This document shows positions 1 to 11,445 of a stretch of DNA of 64,000 nt, one piece after another; positions within the stretch are counted from its first letter, which is position 1, and each line of letters begins with the position of its first letter. The notes under the pieces were generated by a model. It saw nothing but the letters and a program-made list of their open reading frames with translations, was not told where the DNA came from and did not search any database. The position numbers and the translations under genes are program-made. The stretch is taken from positions 359,870 through 423,869 of the forward strand of contig CAWHAE010000008.1 of NCBI GenBank assembly GCA_963827235.1, read 5' to 3'. Source of the DNA: an uncultured bacterium. Lineage in GTDB: Bacteria; Chloroflexota; UBA5177; JANWHV01.

Positions 1-121
1 CCCGTAGACTCGAACAACTGTTCGCACGCGGAAAGCAAGATGGATCACGGCACGGATACAAATGCAATGGCCGGCTCACGTGCCAATTGTGCCCAGATGA
101 CTGGCTGGTATGAAGCTCGAA

Positions 122-391
122 CTATGATGCCGAGGACTGCATTGGCATCGCAGTTGCGCTACGCCGGCGCCGGCGCCGGCCCACATATCCTTTGGTCGCG
201 TAAGGCGTGGCGTCACCCCAAGATCGAATCAGGCTAGTGCTGCCGCAGCGGCCGCATGTCAGGATCGAGCGCGGTGGCAATGCCAACGCCTCGGCCTGGC
301 TGACGGGCACGCTGCTTGCCTCGGTGTGGTGAACGAAGCCCCGGCTATTTGAGCAGCTCAAACACTCGATCTGCCGCGCATATAGTCCCAC
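122..391 (-). CDS. small hypothetical protein with two CxxC pairs (possible zinc ribbon)
   Basis: ORF 122..448 contains CLSC...CGRC and a basic tail; GTG start at 391 assumed. Confidence 0.35.
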   Translation of the reverse strand: MGLYARQIECLSCSNSRGFVHHTEASSVPVSQAEALALPPRSILTCGRCGSTSLIRSWGDATPYATKGYVGRRRRRRSATAMPMQSSAS

Positions 392-723
392 TGGAGTCTC
401 CCTATACTGCCACCCGGCGCCACATTCGGCACCAAAGCCGCGGATCACCCGACTGCACTCCGCGGTGTCAGTCGTTTAGTGCTGGCTCCATTCTGTTACG
501 GAGAGCTTTGCGGCGCACCACCTGTCCGGTGGATTGCAGGGCGGAAAAGGGACTAGCCCACGAACTCATCCATTGCCATACGTGAGGCCGATGCGCCTGC
601 ACCCATTTATCGCCATAATCAACAACGGCGGAGAGCATGGAGCCAGCCTCGTGGTTGAGGCCATGGCATGCAGAACCGACACGTGGGGATGTGGGCTCGG
701 CAATGCATGCTCGTGGGAGTATC

Positions 724-1254
724 ATGGAGAAGCGCATGAAGCCGGTGTTGCTGGCAGCGTTTCCGTCGCTAGACCAGGCACTGGGCGCTATTGACGATCT
801 GGTGATTGCGGGCTTCGGCGGAGATGCCGTGGGCTTGGCTTCCCGGGAGCGACCGTACGGCGAGTTGCAGCGTGAGAGTCAGGATCCGGTGAATGCGGCT
901 GGCAAACAGGACATCGCGGGCCAAGCTGATTTCTTCTCGCGGCCTGATGATGGCGGTGGGTGCGCGCGCAGCAAGTACCGCGGAACCGGCACTATCGTGC
1001 AAATTCCCGGCGTGGGACCGGTCGCCGTCTCCGGTCTCTTCGCCGGGGCAGCCGGTGTCAAGCACTGGCTGGCAGGATGTCTCAGCGACACCGACGCCGG
1101 TACCTCGGAATGCGGCTACCGTGAGAGCCAGATCGGCGCCGGTAAGGCGCTGGTTGCAGTTCTGCCCGAAGGCAGGTCGATTTTGGCTGGCGAAATACTG
1201 CAACGGCACGGCGGAGAGTTATCGCGAGCCTGGGGTCAAACCGCGCGCTGGTAG
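724..1254 (+). CDS. general stress protein-like (YflT/DUF1269-type) hypothetical protein
   Basis: AAFPSLDQALGAIDDLVIAGF...IPGVGPVAVSG...GKALVAV...ILQRHGG pattern; ATG at 724. Confidence 0.55.
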   Translation: MEKRMKPVLLAAFPSLDQALGAIDDLVIAGFGGDAVGLASRERPYGELQRESQDPVNAAGKQDIAGQADFFSRPDDGGGCARSKYRGTGTIVQIPGVGPVAVSGLFAGAAGVKHWLAGCLSDTDAGTSECGYRESQIGAGKALVAVLPEGRSILAGEILQRHGGELSRAWGQTARW

Positions 1255-1393
1255 CAACGGCGCCCGCACATCGTTCGATACTAGTGGTTTGGCGCCAGTT
1301 ACTGTGACGGCCAGTCTGAGCTTCTGGGCGAAGCGGCTTGCAGATGTTGTTCTATGCCTACCGTATCCAGGTGGGTCAGACTGAGAGAGTAGA

Positions 1394-1891
1394 GTGGAGC
1401 GCCGTCTGCTGACGCTGCGTGTCAAACAGCGCGTGCTTGGGCCCGGTGCGGACTACGAGATCACCCAGCCAGAGAGCGGCGAGATCGCGTATGTGGTCAA
1501 GAGCGTGCCAACCGGCGTCGGTCACTCGTTCGAGATGCACAACGCTGAGGGCGCCACGATCGCTACCATTCATCAGCACCTGTTGCCGGTGGAGCCAAAC
1601 TACGTGATCCGTCGCGATGGAATAATCGTGGGAGAGATTCATCGCGACCTGTCCGCGGTGACCTTTCCCCGCTTTGTCCTGGGCGGCATCGACGGGCTGG
1701 TGCTGACTGGCGACCAATCGGATACCAAGTTCAGCCTGCTATTCCGGGGCGAGGTCGCCGCCCGCGTCGAGAAGGAGCTATCGCACGTGGGCACTGCCTA
1801 CACGATGAGAATCTCCGGTGACGTGGACATAGTGACCGCCCTATGCATGCTTGTCGCGGTGGACGATGCCATTGGGCAGGAGGCTGACTAA
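1394..1891 (+). CDS. LURP-one-related/scramblase (Tubby C-like) protein
   Basis: LRVKQRVLGPGADYEI...AYVVK...ALCMLVAVD pattern. Confidence 0.7.
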   Translation: MERRLLTLRVKQRVLGPGADYEITQPESGEIAYVVKSVPTGVGHSFEMHNAEGATIATIHQHLLPVEPNYVIRRDGIIVGEIHRDLSAVTFPRFVLGGIDGLVLTGDQSDTKFSLLFRGEVAARVEKELSHVGTAYTMRISGDVDIVTALCMLVAVDDAIGQEAD

Positions 1892-2067
1892 TCGCAGGTC
1901 CGTCGGAATGAGTGGATACACCGAGGAAGCCGCCGCGGCGACCCGGCGCATGCGGACATGGACCTGCCACGGCCACTCATGCTGGTGATCCGCCTGACCA
2001 ACTGCCACCCCAATGATGGCGCAGCGTCATGGAAGGACGTTGCCAGCCCGCACAAGCCAGGCCCGGA

Positions 2068-4467
2068 TCACAGACATGCGGCCTGCGGCTCGTCAGGGTA
2101 CAGAAGCACGGTGTGCTCTTGCCATGCCACAAAATTCAGCACGTCGTCTCCCGGGACGCTGAGCACCGTCGTATCGTCGGGGCGTGCCACCTTCAAGGCC
2201 TGGGGCCGGTAGGCGATGCGGCAGGGTCCGTCCCGGTCTGCTCTGACTTGAGCCCAGGTCAGACGCCCACCGTCCCACTCGAGGTCAATGGTGAAGCCGC
2301 CGCGAGCGCGCACCCCCCGCACCGATCCCGTTGGCCACGCGCTGGGCAGTGCCGGCAAGAGATCGATCGTCCCGGTGTGGCTCTGTACAAGCATCTCGAA
2401 GATGGCGGACGCGCCTCCGAAGTTGCCGTCTATCTGGAAGGGAGGGCAGTTGTCGAACAGATTCGGCAGCGTCGAATCACGCAACAGGGCGATCAGGTGC
2501 TCGTGCGCTCGGTCGCCCATGCCGAGTCGTGCCCATTGACCGACCATCCACGCCCTACTCCAGCCAGTGTGTCCACCGCCGTTGGCGAGGCGGCGATCGA
2601 GAGATCGGGCCGCGGCTCGGGCGAGCATGGGCGAGCCGCTCGGCGTGATCTGCCGGCCCGGATGCAGGCCGAACAGATGGGAGATGTGGCGATGACCGGG
2701 CTCCACCTCGTCAAAGCCGGCAGACCACTCCAGTAGCTCGCCATATCTGCCGGTCCGCGGCGGCAGCAAGCGCGCTCGCGCCGTCTCCAGCTCTGCCCGG
2801 AAGTCCTCATCGGTTTGCAATATCGTGCTTGCCGCGATGCTGTTGGTGAACAGATCCCAGATGAGCTGCATATCCATGGTCGCTCCAGCGGACACGGCGC
2901 TCTCCCGGCCATGTGGGTCACGAAACGTGTTCTCGGGCGAGGTGGAAGGACAGGTCACCAGGTTGCCGTCCGGAGCCTCGACGAGCCAGTCCAGGCAGAA
3001 CTCCGCCGCGCCTTTCATCAGGGGATATGCGCGGTCGCGCAGGAACGTGAGATCGCCACCGAAGGCATAGTGTTCCCAGAGGTGCAGGCAGAGCCATACC
3101 CCGCCCATCGGCCACATAGTCCAGTTGGGCGGCGAGTGGCCGTCCCCTGCCGTCCGCGTGCCCCGCCAGATGTCGGTGCCGTTGTGCGCTGCCCACCCAC
3201 GGCAGCCATACGTCAGGCTCGCGGTCTTCCGTCCGTCCACGCTCAGGTCGCCGACAAGGCTCAGCAGGGGCTCGTGGCACTCCGCCAGGTTCGCCACCTC
3301 CGCGGGCCAGTAGTTCATCTGCGCGTTGATGTTCAGCGTATAGTCACTTCCCCAGATTGGCCGAACCTGGTCGTTCCATATTCCCTGAAGGTTTGCGGGC
3401 TGAGTGCCCGGCCGCGAGCAGGAGATCAGGAGATAGCGACCGAACTGCGCGTACAGCGCGGCGAGCTGGGTATCCTGCTCGATGTCTCCGGCGCGCAAGC
3501 GCTCGTCCGTCGGCACCTCCGGCGCGGACGATCGGCCCAGCGTGAGTGTGACCCGATCATACAGTCTCCGGCAGTCCGCGACATGTGCGGTCCGCAGATC
3601 ATCGTACGTGCGCATGCCGGCCTCGGCCAGCGTGCTCTCGATCGACGCGGCAATTGCCTCGGCCGATAGATCGGGCGCGGCGCCGAAACCCCTGTAGCCC
3701 GTGCCGCCGGCTATGAGCAAGGTCACGGCAGTGGCATCGTCAATCTGCACAATTCCCGATCCGGTGCTGACTCGTCCGCCTTCGGGGAGCACCAGCACGC
3801 GGGCCTCGAAACGCATTCCCTTCCCTTCGGCCTCGTGGTACGCGACTGGATTCTCGCTCGCAAGATGATGCGCCACCACGTGGCTGGGCGCTTTGCCTCG
3901 CACAGCGAGCCCGTTGTTCCCAACCGGGACCCTCGAGGCCTGCAGGGGACTGCTCAGGCCTACCACAAACGACAGTAAGGCCTCGTCGGTGCAGGTCATG
4001 CGCACGACCACCACCTGATGAACGGCGGAGGCGAATACCTCGCGAGTGAACAGCGCGCCGCCCACGCGGTAGCGCACTCGGGCCACGCCGCTGCCCACAA
4101 GCAGCTCCCGCCGATAGTCGTGCGCCGGCTCGGCGTGCGTGCACTGGAGGTAGAGATCGGCGAGCGGCAGGTATGACTCGGTGAATGGGCCCTGAAAGCT
4201 CTTCGCGAGCTCTTCTGCCTCCGCATACTTGCGCTCCCGCAGGATGAGGCGTCGAATCTCCTGCAGGAGCGCAGGTTCTGGACAGGGATGCGCGTCTTCG
4301 GGAAAGCCGGACCACAGCGTGTCCTCGTTCAGTTGCAGCCGCTCCAGCTCGACGCCGCCGAACACCATGGCGCCGAGGCGGCCGTTGCCGATCGGCAACG
4401 CCTCTGTCCACTCGCCCGCAGGACGGTTATACCAGAGGCACTGAGTCTCAGTTTCGGGATCGGTCAC
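2068..4467 (-). CDS. glycoside hydrolase family 95 (alpha-L-fucosidase/galactosidase)
   Basis: [61 protein letters not shown] motifs. Confidence 0.95.
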   Translation of the reverse strand: MTDPETETQCLWYNRPAGEWTEALPIGNGRLGAMVFGGVELERLQLNEDTLWSGFPEDAHPCPEPALLQEIRRLILRERKYAEAEELAKSFQGPFTESYLPLADLYLQCTHAEPAHDYRRELLVGSGVARVRYRVGGALFTREVFASAVHQVVVVRMTCTDEALLSFVVGLSSPLQASRVPVGNNGLAVRGKAPSHVVAHHLASENPVAYHEAEGKGMRFEARVLVLPEGGRVSTGSGIVQIDDATAVTLLIAGGTGYRGFGAAPDLSAEAIAASIESTLAEAGMRTYDDLRTAHVADCRRLYDRVTLTLGRSSAPEVPTDERLRAGDIEQDTQLAALYAQFGRYLLISCSRPGTQPANLQGIWNDQVRPIWGSDYTLNINAQMNYWPAEVANLAECHEPLLSLVGDLSVDGRKTASLTYGCRGWAAHNGTDIWRGTRTAGDGHSPPNWTMWPMGGVWLCLHLWEHYAFGGDLTFLRDRAYPLMKGAAEFCLDWLVEAPDGNLVTCPSTSPENTFRDPHGRESAVSAGATMDMQLIWDLFTNSIAASTILQTDEDFRAELETARARLLPPRTGRYGELLEWSAGFDEVEPGHRHISHLFGLHPGRQITPSGSPMLARAAARSLDRRLANGGGHTGWSRAWMVGQWARLGMGDRAHEHLIALLRDSTLPNLFDNCPPFQIDGNFGGASAIFEMLVQSHTGTIDLLPALPSAWPTGSVRGVRARGGFTIDLEWDGGRLTWAQVRADRDGPCRIAYRPQALKVARPDDTTVLSVPGDDVLNFVAWQEHTVLLYPDEPQAACL

Positions 4468-5429
4468 TGCGGAATCGTCTCGCCGGCAGGCGGAGGATTG
4501 AACACCAGCGGCTTGAGGAACTCGGCCGCCGCCCGTGTGCCTTCCTCCAGGCCCATGAGCGGATCTTCGTGTTCGATACTTAGCACGCCGTCATAGCCGT
4601 GCATCTGCAGCAGGCTGATGAAGTCGCGCCACCACGCGGCGCCATGCCCGAAGCCGACTGCCCGGAAGACCCACGGCATGGCGGCAGGCACCGCGGGCAA
4701 TGTGGTGTCGAGGCACCCGTTGATGCCGGTGTTGTGGGGATCGACCCGCGTGTCTTTGGCGTGCACGTGACCGAGTGCCGGACCGAGCGCCCTGACCACC
4801 TCGAGCGGATCCATACCCTGCCACCAGAGATGGCTGGGGTCCAGATTGGCCATTATGGTGCCGGAGATTGCGCTGCGAAGACGAAACAGCGAGGCAGTGT
4901 TGTAGACGCTCATGCCCGGGTGCATCTCGAAGCAGAGCAGCACGCCCAGGTCGCGAGCGTAGGCGGCCGCGTCCGTCCAGTACGGAAGGATTACCTCGTC
5001 CCACTGCCACGCCAACAGGGTTGCGAAGTGGTCCGGCCAGGTGAACGTCACCCAGTTGGGATGCGCTCCGCCGTCGGGGGTGCCGGGACAACCGCTCATG
5101 GTGACCACGCGATCCACTCCCAAGGCCGCCGCCAGGCGAATCGTGTCCCGTATCACCTGTGCGTCGTGCTGCGCCACCACCTGCTGCGGATGGACCGGGT
5201 TGCCGCTGCAGTTGAGCGCGCTGATGATCATGTTCCGGCTCTGCAGGTTGGCCAGGAGACGCCGGCGTGCGCCCGCGTCATCCAGCATCTCCTGAAGGCG
5301 GAGATGCGGCGCAGGCGAGAAGTTCCCAGCGCCCAGCTCGATGGCGGTAATGCCCCATTGCTCGTAGCGGTCCAGGGAATCGGCGAGCGACAGATGCAGT
5401 GTGCTGTCGGTGAACACTCCGATACGCAT
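4464..5429 (-). CDS. sugar phosphate isomerase/epimerase (xylose isomerase-like TIM barrel)
   Basis: [37 protein letters not shown]; ATG 5429 preceded by AGGAG. Confidence 0.9.
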   Translation of the reverse strand: MRIGVFTDSTLHLSLADSLDRYEQWGITAIELGAGNFSPAPHLRLQEMLDDAGARRRLLANLQSRNMIISALNCSGNPVHPQQVVAQHDAQVIRDTIRLAAALGVDRVVTMSGCPGTPDGGAHPNWVTFTWPDHFATLLAWQWDEVILPYWTDAAAYARDLGVLLCFEMHPGMSVYNTASLFRLRSAISGTIMANLDPSHLWWQGMDPLEVVRALGPALGHVHAKDTRVDPHNTGINGCLDTTLPAVPAAMPWVFRAVGFGHGAAWWRDFISLLQMHGYDGVLSIEHEDPLMGLEEGTRAAAEFLKPLVFNPPPAGETIPQ

Positions 5430-5439
5430 GCTATTCTCC

Positions 5440-6513
5440 TCAGCGTGGCTTATATGCGTTGAACATGGCGATGGCTTGCGCAACGTCCGCTTTGCCCTGG
5501 GCGCCATCCGTGAGCGGCTGCTTGCCTGACACTATGCAGTCGTGAAAGTGGAGCAACTCCTGTTTGAACGCTTCCTCGAAACCTGCTTGGTGTTCTCGCC
5601 GCGTGTAGACGCCATTCTCCATGGCTTCCACTACCACCGGCGTGGGCACGCTCTTGAGGAAGGGCGAAGGGAACCGGAGCTCCACCCGGCCGTCGGTGGC
5701 CAGGAACGCCAGGTCCTCACGATAGTTGCGCACGTCGTCCAGGTAGGTCCAGGTAAGGACGGCGCGCACGTCGTTGCCGTAGGAGAACGTGCTCATCACC
5801 GCGTTACCCTCCGCCCAGATTTCGGTGGAAAGCACGGCATCCGGAGCGCCGATCAGTCCCCTCAGGGCATTGATATCGTGGATGATACTGCCGAGCAGAA
5901 CCTCCGCGTAGGCGTAGCCGAGCCAGCCCGGTACGTCCCCCACGGCCTCGCGCACGAGCGAGTCGTACTCGCCTCGCAGGCGCGAGAGGACGTCTGCCGG
6001 CACATCCGCGGCGCGATCGATGCGGTGATGCGCGGAATACAACTGCTCGGCCGGGTGCCAGATATGCACTTCCACAGCGCGCAGATGGCGCAGCCGGCTT
6101 ACGGCCTGCTGGGCGAAGCGGTAGCCTGGGTCGAAGCGTTTCATGTAGGCCACCATCAGGATGGTGTCGTGTTGCTCCGCCGCGGCGATCATCTCGTCGG
6201 CCTCGCGCAGCGTGAAGCACATAGGCTTCTCCACCAGCACGTGCCGCCCGGACATGGCAGCGGCTATGGCCGCAGGGGCATGAGATCCGGGAGTGAGCAC
6301 CAGGACCGCGTCCAGATCGTTGCCAATGAGATCGGAGACCTCGGTGTAGCGCGACTCCACGCCGTAATGTTTGCCCACTGTCTCCAGCACGCCCGGTGAG
6401 ATATCGCAGAGCGCCGCGATCTCGAATCGGTCGTCCAGCTCTCGCAGATACGGCAGATGCATCATCTGGGCAACGGCTCCGCAGCCAATCACGCCCACGC
6501 GCACGCGTTTCAT
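5440..6513 (-). CDS. Gfo/Idh/MocA family oxidoreductase
   Basis: VGVIGCGAVA Rossmann motif, HVLVEKPM, IHDIN. Confidence 0.9.
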   Translation of the reverse strand: MKRVRVGVIGCGAVAQMMHLPYLRELDDRFEIAALCDISPGVLETVGKHYGVESRYTEVSDLIGNDLDAVLVLTPGSHAPAAIAAAMSGRHVLVEKPMCFTLREADEMIAAAEQHDTILMVAYMKRFDPGYRFAQQAVSRLRHLRAVEVHIWHPAEQLYSAHHRIDRAADVPADVLSRLRGEYDSLVREAVGDVPGWLGYAYAEVLLGSIIHDINALRGLIGAPDAVLSTEIWAEGNAVMSTFSYGNDVRAVLTWTYLDDVRNYREDLAFLATDGRVELRFPSPFLKSVPTPVVVEAMENGVYTRREHQAGFEEAFKQELLHFHDCIVSGKQPLTDGAQGKADVAQAIAMFNAYKPR

Positions 6514-6612
6514 CGATCCTCCACACTAGAAGCACTGCTGTAGAAGCCTCCGGCCGGGGTGGAACGACAGGTGTCACCCGTACCGCGGCCGAGAGATGCG
6601 CTGGTTCCAAGG

Positions 6613-7827
6613 TTAGGCATGCAAGAGCTCGGCGATCGTCACTGCCTGTCCAGTGGCTATGGACTTGTTCGCCGCCACGCCCATGAGCACGGACATGGCG
6701 CCGTCCCATGAACCGGCCATGTGGCCCAGAGGATCCGGCAGGGTCAGCGCCCCAAACAGCCGCTCGAGGAGACGCTCGTCGCCGCCGCCATGATCGCCGG
6801 CAGGTTTTGGAATCTCATAGTTCGCCACCGTACCGCTCTTGTGGTAGACGGCTATTACGCTGCTGGCTGCTTGCGCCAGCGGCCCGGTCTCGTCCTCACG
6901 AAGCTCCATGCGACCCTCTGTGCCCGTCAGGGTAGCTCGCCAGCCCTCGATCGGACTGAATGCGACGAGCGAATAGCTGAGCTGCGTCCCGCACTTGTAG
7001 CGCGCCACCAGACTCATCGTATCCTCTATATCTATCTGCTCGGCGTAGACGCAGCGGTCGCGGTAGTAGCCGTCGTATTGCTCGGCGTCGAAGTAGAAGC
7101 TCTTCAGGAAAGGATCGGACAGCAGATCGACGTAGAACTCGCAGCTACGAGCGTACTTACAGGTGGAGCAGCGCTCGCCGCGTTCCAGGCGCGTGGGGCC
7201 ATAGAAGCGCAGTTGCCCGAGAGCATAGACGCGCTCCGCCTCGGCACCAAGCCACCAGTTGATCATGTCGAAATGATGGGTGGCCTTCGTTACCAGCAGG
7301 CCGCCAGAGTTCTCTTTCAGCCGGTGCCAGCGCCGAAAGTAGTCGGCGCCGTGCCGCCGGTCGAGATACCACTCGAAATCGACATTGAGCACCTTCCCGA
7401 CCGCTCCCTCGAGGAGCAGCTCCTTCGCGCGGGTGACGTAGGGCATGAATCGATAATTGAATGTGACGGTGACGTGCCCGCCGCTTCGTCGCTCGGCGGC
7501 GAGCACGGCGCGGCATTGCGCGTCGTCCACTACCATGGGCTTCTCGGCAATCACGGCGCAGCCCGAATCAAGGGCGCGTACGATATAGTCGGCGTGGTAG
7601 CGGTCCATAGTGGTGACGATGACGCCATCCGGCCGCGTATCCCGCAGCATGGAGTCGAAGCCGTCGAAGGCAGGCACGCCGCACTGCCGACCGACGAAGG
7701 CGGCTCGCCCTGGATTGGCATCGTACACGCCGGTCAGCACGGCGCTGGCTGTAAACTGACTCCTGATCGGCTCGGCATACATCTCCAGAGCGCGCTTGCT
7801 TGCTCCGGCGAGAACATAGCTCTTCAT
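6613..7827 (-). CDS. Gfo/Idh/MocA family oxidoreductase (YteT-like)
   Basis: AEKPM, HGADYFRRWH, KATHHFD, HGGGD motifs. Confidence 0.9.
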   Translation of the reverse strand: MKSYVLAGASKRALEMYAEPIRSQFTASAVLTGVYDANPGRAAFVGRQCGVPAFDGFDSMLRDTRPDGVIVTTMDRYHADYIVRALDSGCAVIAEKPMVVDDAQCRAVLAAERRSGGHVTVTFNYRFMPYVTRAKELLLEGAVGKVLNVDFEWYLDRRHGADYFRRWHRLKENSGGLLVTKATHHFDMINWWLGAEAERVYALGQLRFYGPTRLERGERCSTCKYARSCEFYVDLLSDPFLKSFYFDAEQYDGYYRDRCVYAEQIDIEDTMSLVARYKCGTQLSYSLVAFSPIEGWRATLTGTEGRMELREDETGPLAQAASSVIAVYHKSGTVANYEIPKPAGDHGGGDERLLERLFGALTLPDPLGHMAGSWDGAMSVLMGVAANKSIATGQAVTIAELLHA

Positions 7828-8243
7828 GCGACTCCCTGTATTCGGTTAGGTTGAACAGGTGGCAAACAGTCTGGCTGCACCGGCCGGATGCCGGTGCAGC
7901 GGTCAGCAGTCAATGTCTTGGCGCGCAACGCCAATAGCGCTGTCGGCCGGCGATTCATCCGCCAAGGCGGCTTTGCCCAATGCTTCCAGCGGGTGCGCCG
8001 CGTGGTCGCCTTGCCACAGCTTCTGCGCCCCGAGGCAGTACGGGTGAACGGCGGCAGCGCCGACACGCTGCCCCCAGTCCGCTTCTGCTGCCCCACACGT
8101 CTCGCGCCGCACCTCTACCGCAAAGACAGGTCCAAGAGCGTAGGAACCTACACCGGACACAGAGTAGGCATCATCCTGCGTCGTCATGCGTTTCACGTGG
8201 CTCAGCACGACAGGTTCTGTTCCAACCCAGTACCGGTCCCAGC

Positions 8244-11200
8244 CTACCGCCGCTCTTCCGCTTGCAAGGTAGTGCCGAGCTCCGTCGCCTCAGGCATCTC
8301 ACCAGGCGGCACCCATTCCTCGATCGCCATCTGGAAGCGCCAGAACCGCTCGAATCGGCACACCACGCTTCCGTCCGCCAGCAGGGACTTGTACGCGATG
8401 ACCTGCGTGCCGGAGCCCACAGCCTTCGCCGTTGCCAGCACCTCGTCCGGTTCTGCCTGCAGCGTTAGCGGTAGCCATGCAGTAGGTCCCAGCTCGATTT
8501 CCGTGCCCAGCAGAGCGGTGCGAGAGTCTTCCTCCCGCCATACGATGTAGTGTCCGCCCTTCACTGCCCGCACCATCCCTTCAATCTCCGCTCCGGTCGC
8601 CTCCTTCACAAAGTCATCGCGGCGGCACCGGTGCTCGCCTGTACGCAGCAGCTCCGCCAGATTCTTGATCGCTGCGATCTCGCTTCGGGGCAGCTCTTCA
8701 GGCAACACAACATCGTGCGTGTCCGCGGGAAATGTGTCGTGAATCAGCGCGAACGCGTCCATCAATGGGTCTTCGAACGCTTCCGGCTCCCCACCGAACT
8801 GCCCCTGGAAGCGCAGCACGTGCTGCTGATTGCGCACCGGGACCAACAGCAGGTCGCGCGGCTCGCGCACTGCGCGCATGAAGCGATATACCTGCACCAT
8901 TTCGTGCACCGTGCGTCCCGAATGATAGCGAAGTGACACTTGCATCGCCGATTTTGGATCATCCTCCGGAAGTGCGTCCAGCTTCTCGTCCTCCAGCCAC
9001 GCTGCAGGCAGATCGAACGACACTTCCACCGCGCAGTTGCTTTGTCGATGGTTGGTCAGGCGGAGACCGCCGCCAGGAATCGGCCATGGGGCCAGCTCGA
9101 GGTTCTCGAGCTGCTCGCCGGTCTCCGGCACTACCAACTTCCACGGCACGGCCTGCGCCAGCGGTTCCGCCTGAAGTGTCATCCGCACACCTCGCCGCTC
9201 CAACTCCGGATAGGCGTCGAGCAAAGCGAGCCTGTTATCCCCGCACACGAAATCGTGCGCGAGCATCTCAACGCCCTCGACGGCGACCGGTTCCATTGTC
9301 TGCAGCGCCCGATCGAACACATCCGCCATCTTCATTCCAGCCGGAAGACGCGCTTTCACCTCCATGTGGATCGGCTCCGTCGGTGATCGAGACTCCCGGC
9401 GAATTCCCTTCGCCTCCGGCCGCACCACGAGCGAACTTCCAGGAGGGTTGAGGGCACGCTCTATCTCGCTCCAAGGCTCCTGCAGCGCCGACGGCTGCAG
9501 CCGAGCCTGCTGCAGCGCGCCCAGCAACTGGGCAGCGCTCTCCTGAGGCGCAAGATGCCAGAGCACTTCGAATGCGAACGCCGCCGCGTGCCGGGCCGCC
9601 TGCTGCTGCCAGCCTTGCGCGTCCGAACCCTTCTTGCCAGCGATTAGGTCAGAGATGCCGCGCACGACAAGCCAGGCCACACTATGAGCGTAAACGGCCT
9701 CCAGAAAGCCCCGCCCCTCCATCTCAACGGCTACAGCATCCGAATATTGCTTACGCAGGAACCTGTATGTCGCCGATCTTGTGTGGCTCACCACCTGCTC
9801 GCCTGCCGCGATGGGTCCGACGTGCGCGACCGGCTCACCGCGCCGGGGACCGTGGATACGCGCATGCCACGCCGTGCCACGTCGGCAGGAGCGAGCACGC
9901 TGCACCAACCCGAAATCGCTCTGCCCTAGGTCAGGCCGCATCAGGAACTCCCGATCTGCCTTGCCCGCGTGATAGTTGTACACCTTGGTCGCGGCCACGA
10001 CGTCGCCGAGCTTGACGTCTTTCAAGCCACCTCCGACGCCGACGAACAGGCCTACCTGCGCCTCGGCAACGTTCAACGCGCGCTCTGTCTGCTGGGCAGC
10101 CGCTACGTTACCCGCGCCGACTTCGGCGATCAGCACCTCCCACCGGCAGTGCTTTCCTTCGAAGAATCCCCGCTCGTACCCGGTGCCATAGTTCACCTGC
10201 TCCACGGGATCGCTGAGGTGCTCCCGCACGGCATCGTATTCGATGCCCAGTGCGCTGAGTATCACGGCTTTCCCGGGCCGCCCCTTTCCGGACGTTGGCC
10301 TCGGGTAGGGTAGAAGTGGGGACCAGCGCGACGGACCGCTGTCCGCGCCCTCCGTCAGCGCCGAATACTCCGCCGCTATCGCAGGATCGGCGCGCACATT
10401 GCGTCGCAGGGGACCCGACGCCCAGTTTCTCGCAGTAGGATCGCTCTCGTCCAGCACCCTTCCTGCGCCACTGAGGACGATCTTCAGGGCGCCGGGCAGC
10501 CGCTCCCCATACGAGCACCGCAGTAGCGCGCGCTGCACCCCGCTCTCGACTGCTTCGACATGTTTGGGCTCGATCAGGCCATCGCTGAACGAGCGCGACC
10601 CCGCGCGCACCTCCAACCGGACGCCATCCAGTTCACGTCCCTCGACGCTGACGGACACGGTGCCGGGCGCCAGATACACATCGCGGATACATGCGCGCGT
10701 CTCCGCAATTCGCACCCGCACCGTGGCCCTCCCGACCTCTACAAACCCGGGCTGCACGCGGTTCGCGCCATACACGAGCTCAGTCACCAGCTCCTCGAAC
10801 CACCGGAACGTGGGACAGCCGGGGCCAGCCACGAATCGATCCGGCGGCGTCCATGGCACCGGATCTTGCTGCGACAGGACGTACTCCTTGTATGGCCAGT
10901 CGGTCGCCACGAGCGGAAAGGCAAGATGGCTGCCCACCAGCGGCCACTCCTGTACGCTCGGCACCTCCGACGTGCTGCCTGCTGGCATGACGAAGAAATA
11001 CACGCGGCCATCCGTATCCGGCCCCGGCATCCACACGCGGCCACCGCCCTGCAACAGCCACGATCCGACCTCGCCGCCCGGCACCACGCCGCCAAGTACC
11101 AGCACCGAGCCATAGTCGCAGACTCGGTTCTGTGCGGAACGCCGGTTGGACGGCGCCGGTGCTGCCTCCACGAGAAGCACGCGCAGCCGCCAAGGCTCCT

Positions 11201-11354
11201 CGGCATCACCCCGCACCAGCGCCAGCCAGAAGAATACTTGGTCATGCTGACCCAGCAGGCTTGCCAGGTCCTGAATGCTCAGCGACACTCCTCGACCCCC
11301 TAGATTCTGTCCGGTGCCATCATCCCGCCCGCTCAGGCCGCCGTCAAGCCGCAT
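8244..11354 (-). CDS. large multidomain protein with central purine nucleoside phosphorylase/MTA-SAH nucleosidase (PNP_UDP_1) domain; candidate defence effector
   Basis: AVILSALGIEY, FVGVGGG, LGDVV, GPIAAGEQVV, AVEMEG, VRGISD at about aa 360-600; ~340 aa N-terminal and ~420 aa C-terminal regions unassigned; start may be GTG 11288. Confidence 0.85.
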   Translation of the reverse strand: MRLDGGLSGRDDGTGQNLGGRGVSLSIQDLASLLGQHDQVFFWLALVRGDAEEPWRLRVLLVEAAPAPSNRRSAQNRVCDYGSVLVLGGVVPGGEVGSWLLQGGGRVWMPGPDTDGRVYFFVMPAGSTSEVPSVQEWPLVGSHLAFPLVATDWPYKEYVLSQQDPVPWTPPDRFVAGPGCPTFRWFEELVTELVYGANRVQPGFVEVGRATVRVRIAETRACIRDVYLAPGTVSVSVEGRELDGVRLEVRAGSRSFSDGLIEPKHVEAVESGVQRALLRCSYGERLPGALKIVLSGAGRVLDESDPTARNWASGPLRRNVRADPAIAAEYSALTEGADSGPSRWSPLLPYPRPTSGKGRPGKAVILSALGIEYDAVREHLSDPVEQVNYGTGYERGFFEGKHCRWEVLIAEVGAGNVAAAQQTERALNVAEAQVGLFVGVGGGLKDVKLGDVVAATKVYNYHAGKADREFLMRPDLGQSDFGLVQRARSCRRGTAWHARIHGPRRGEPVAHVGPIAAGEQVVSHTRSATYRFLRKQYSDAVAVEMEGRGFLEAVYAHSVAWLVVRGISDLIAGKKGSDAQGWQQQAARHAAAFAFEVLWHLAPQESAAQLLGALQQARLQPSALQEPWSEIERALNPPGSSLVVRPEAKGIRRESRSPTEPIHMEVKARLPAGMKMADVFDRALQTMEPVAVEGVEMLAHDFVCGDNRLALLDAYPELERRGVRMTLQAEPLAQAVPWKLVVPETGEQLENLELAPWPIPGGGLRLTNHRQSNCAVEVSFDLPAAWLEDEKLDALPEDDPKSAMQVSLRYHSGRTVHEMVQVYRFMRAVREPRDLLLVPVRNQQHVLRFQGQFGGEPEAFEDPLMDAFALIHDTFPADTHDVVLPEELPRSEIAAIKNLAELLRTGEHRCRRDDFVKEATGAEIEGMVRAVKGGHYIVWREEDSRTALLGTEIELGPTAWLPLTLQAEPDEVLATAKAVGSGTQVIAYKSLLADGSVVCRFERFWRFQMAIEEWVPPGEMPEATELGTTLQAEERR

Positions 11355-11445
11355 GGCGGCGCATGCCGACAGGTCTACGCCGACCCCGTCTGCCCCTGGC
11401 TAGTATCCTCCCGGGCATAGTCGTTTGCGTTGACGCAGCACGGAG

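Noticed and set aside
7830-8240. Small gene between the PNP fusion and the oxidoreductase
   Set aside because: Candidate ORFs lack an RBS or recognisable motifs; likely promoter or island-boundary DNA
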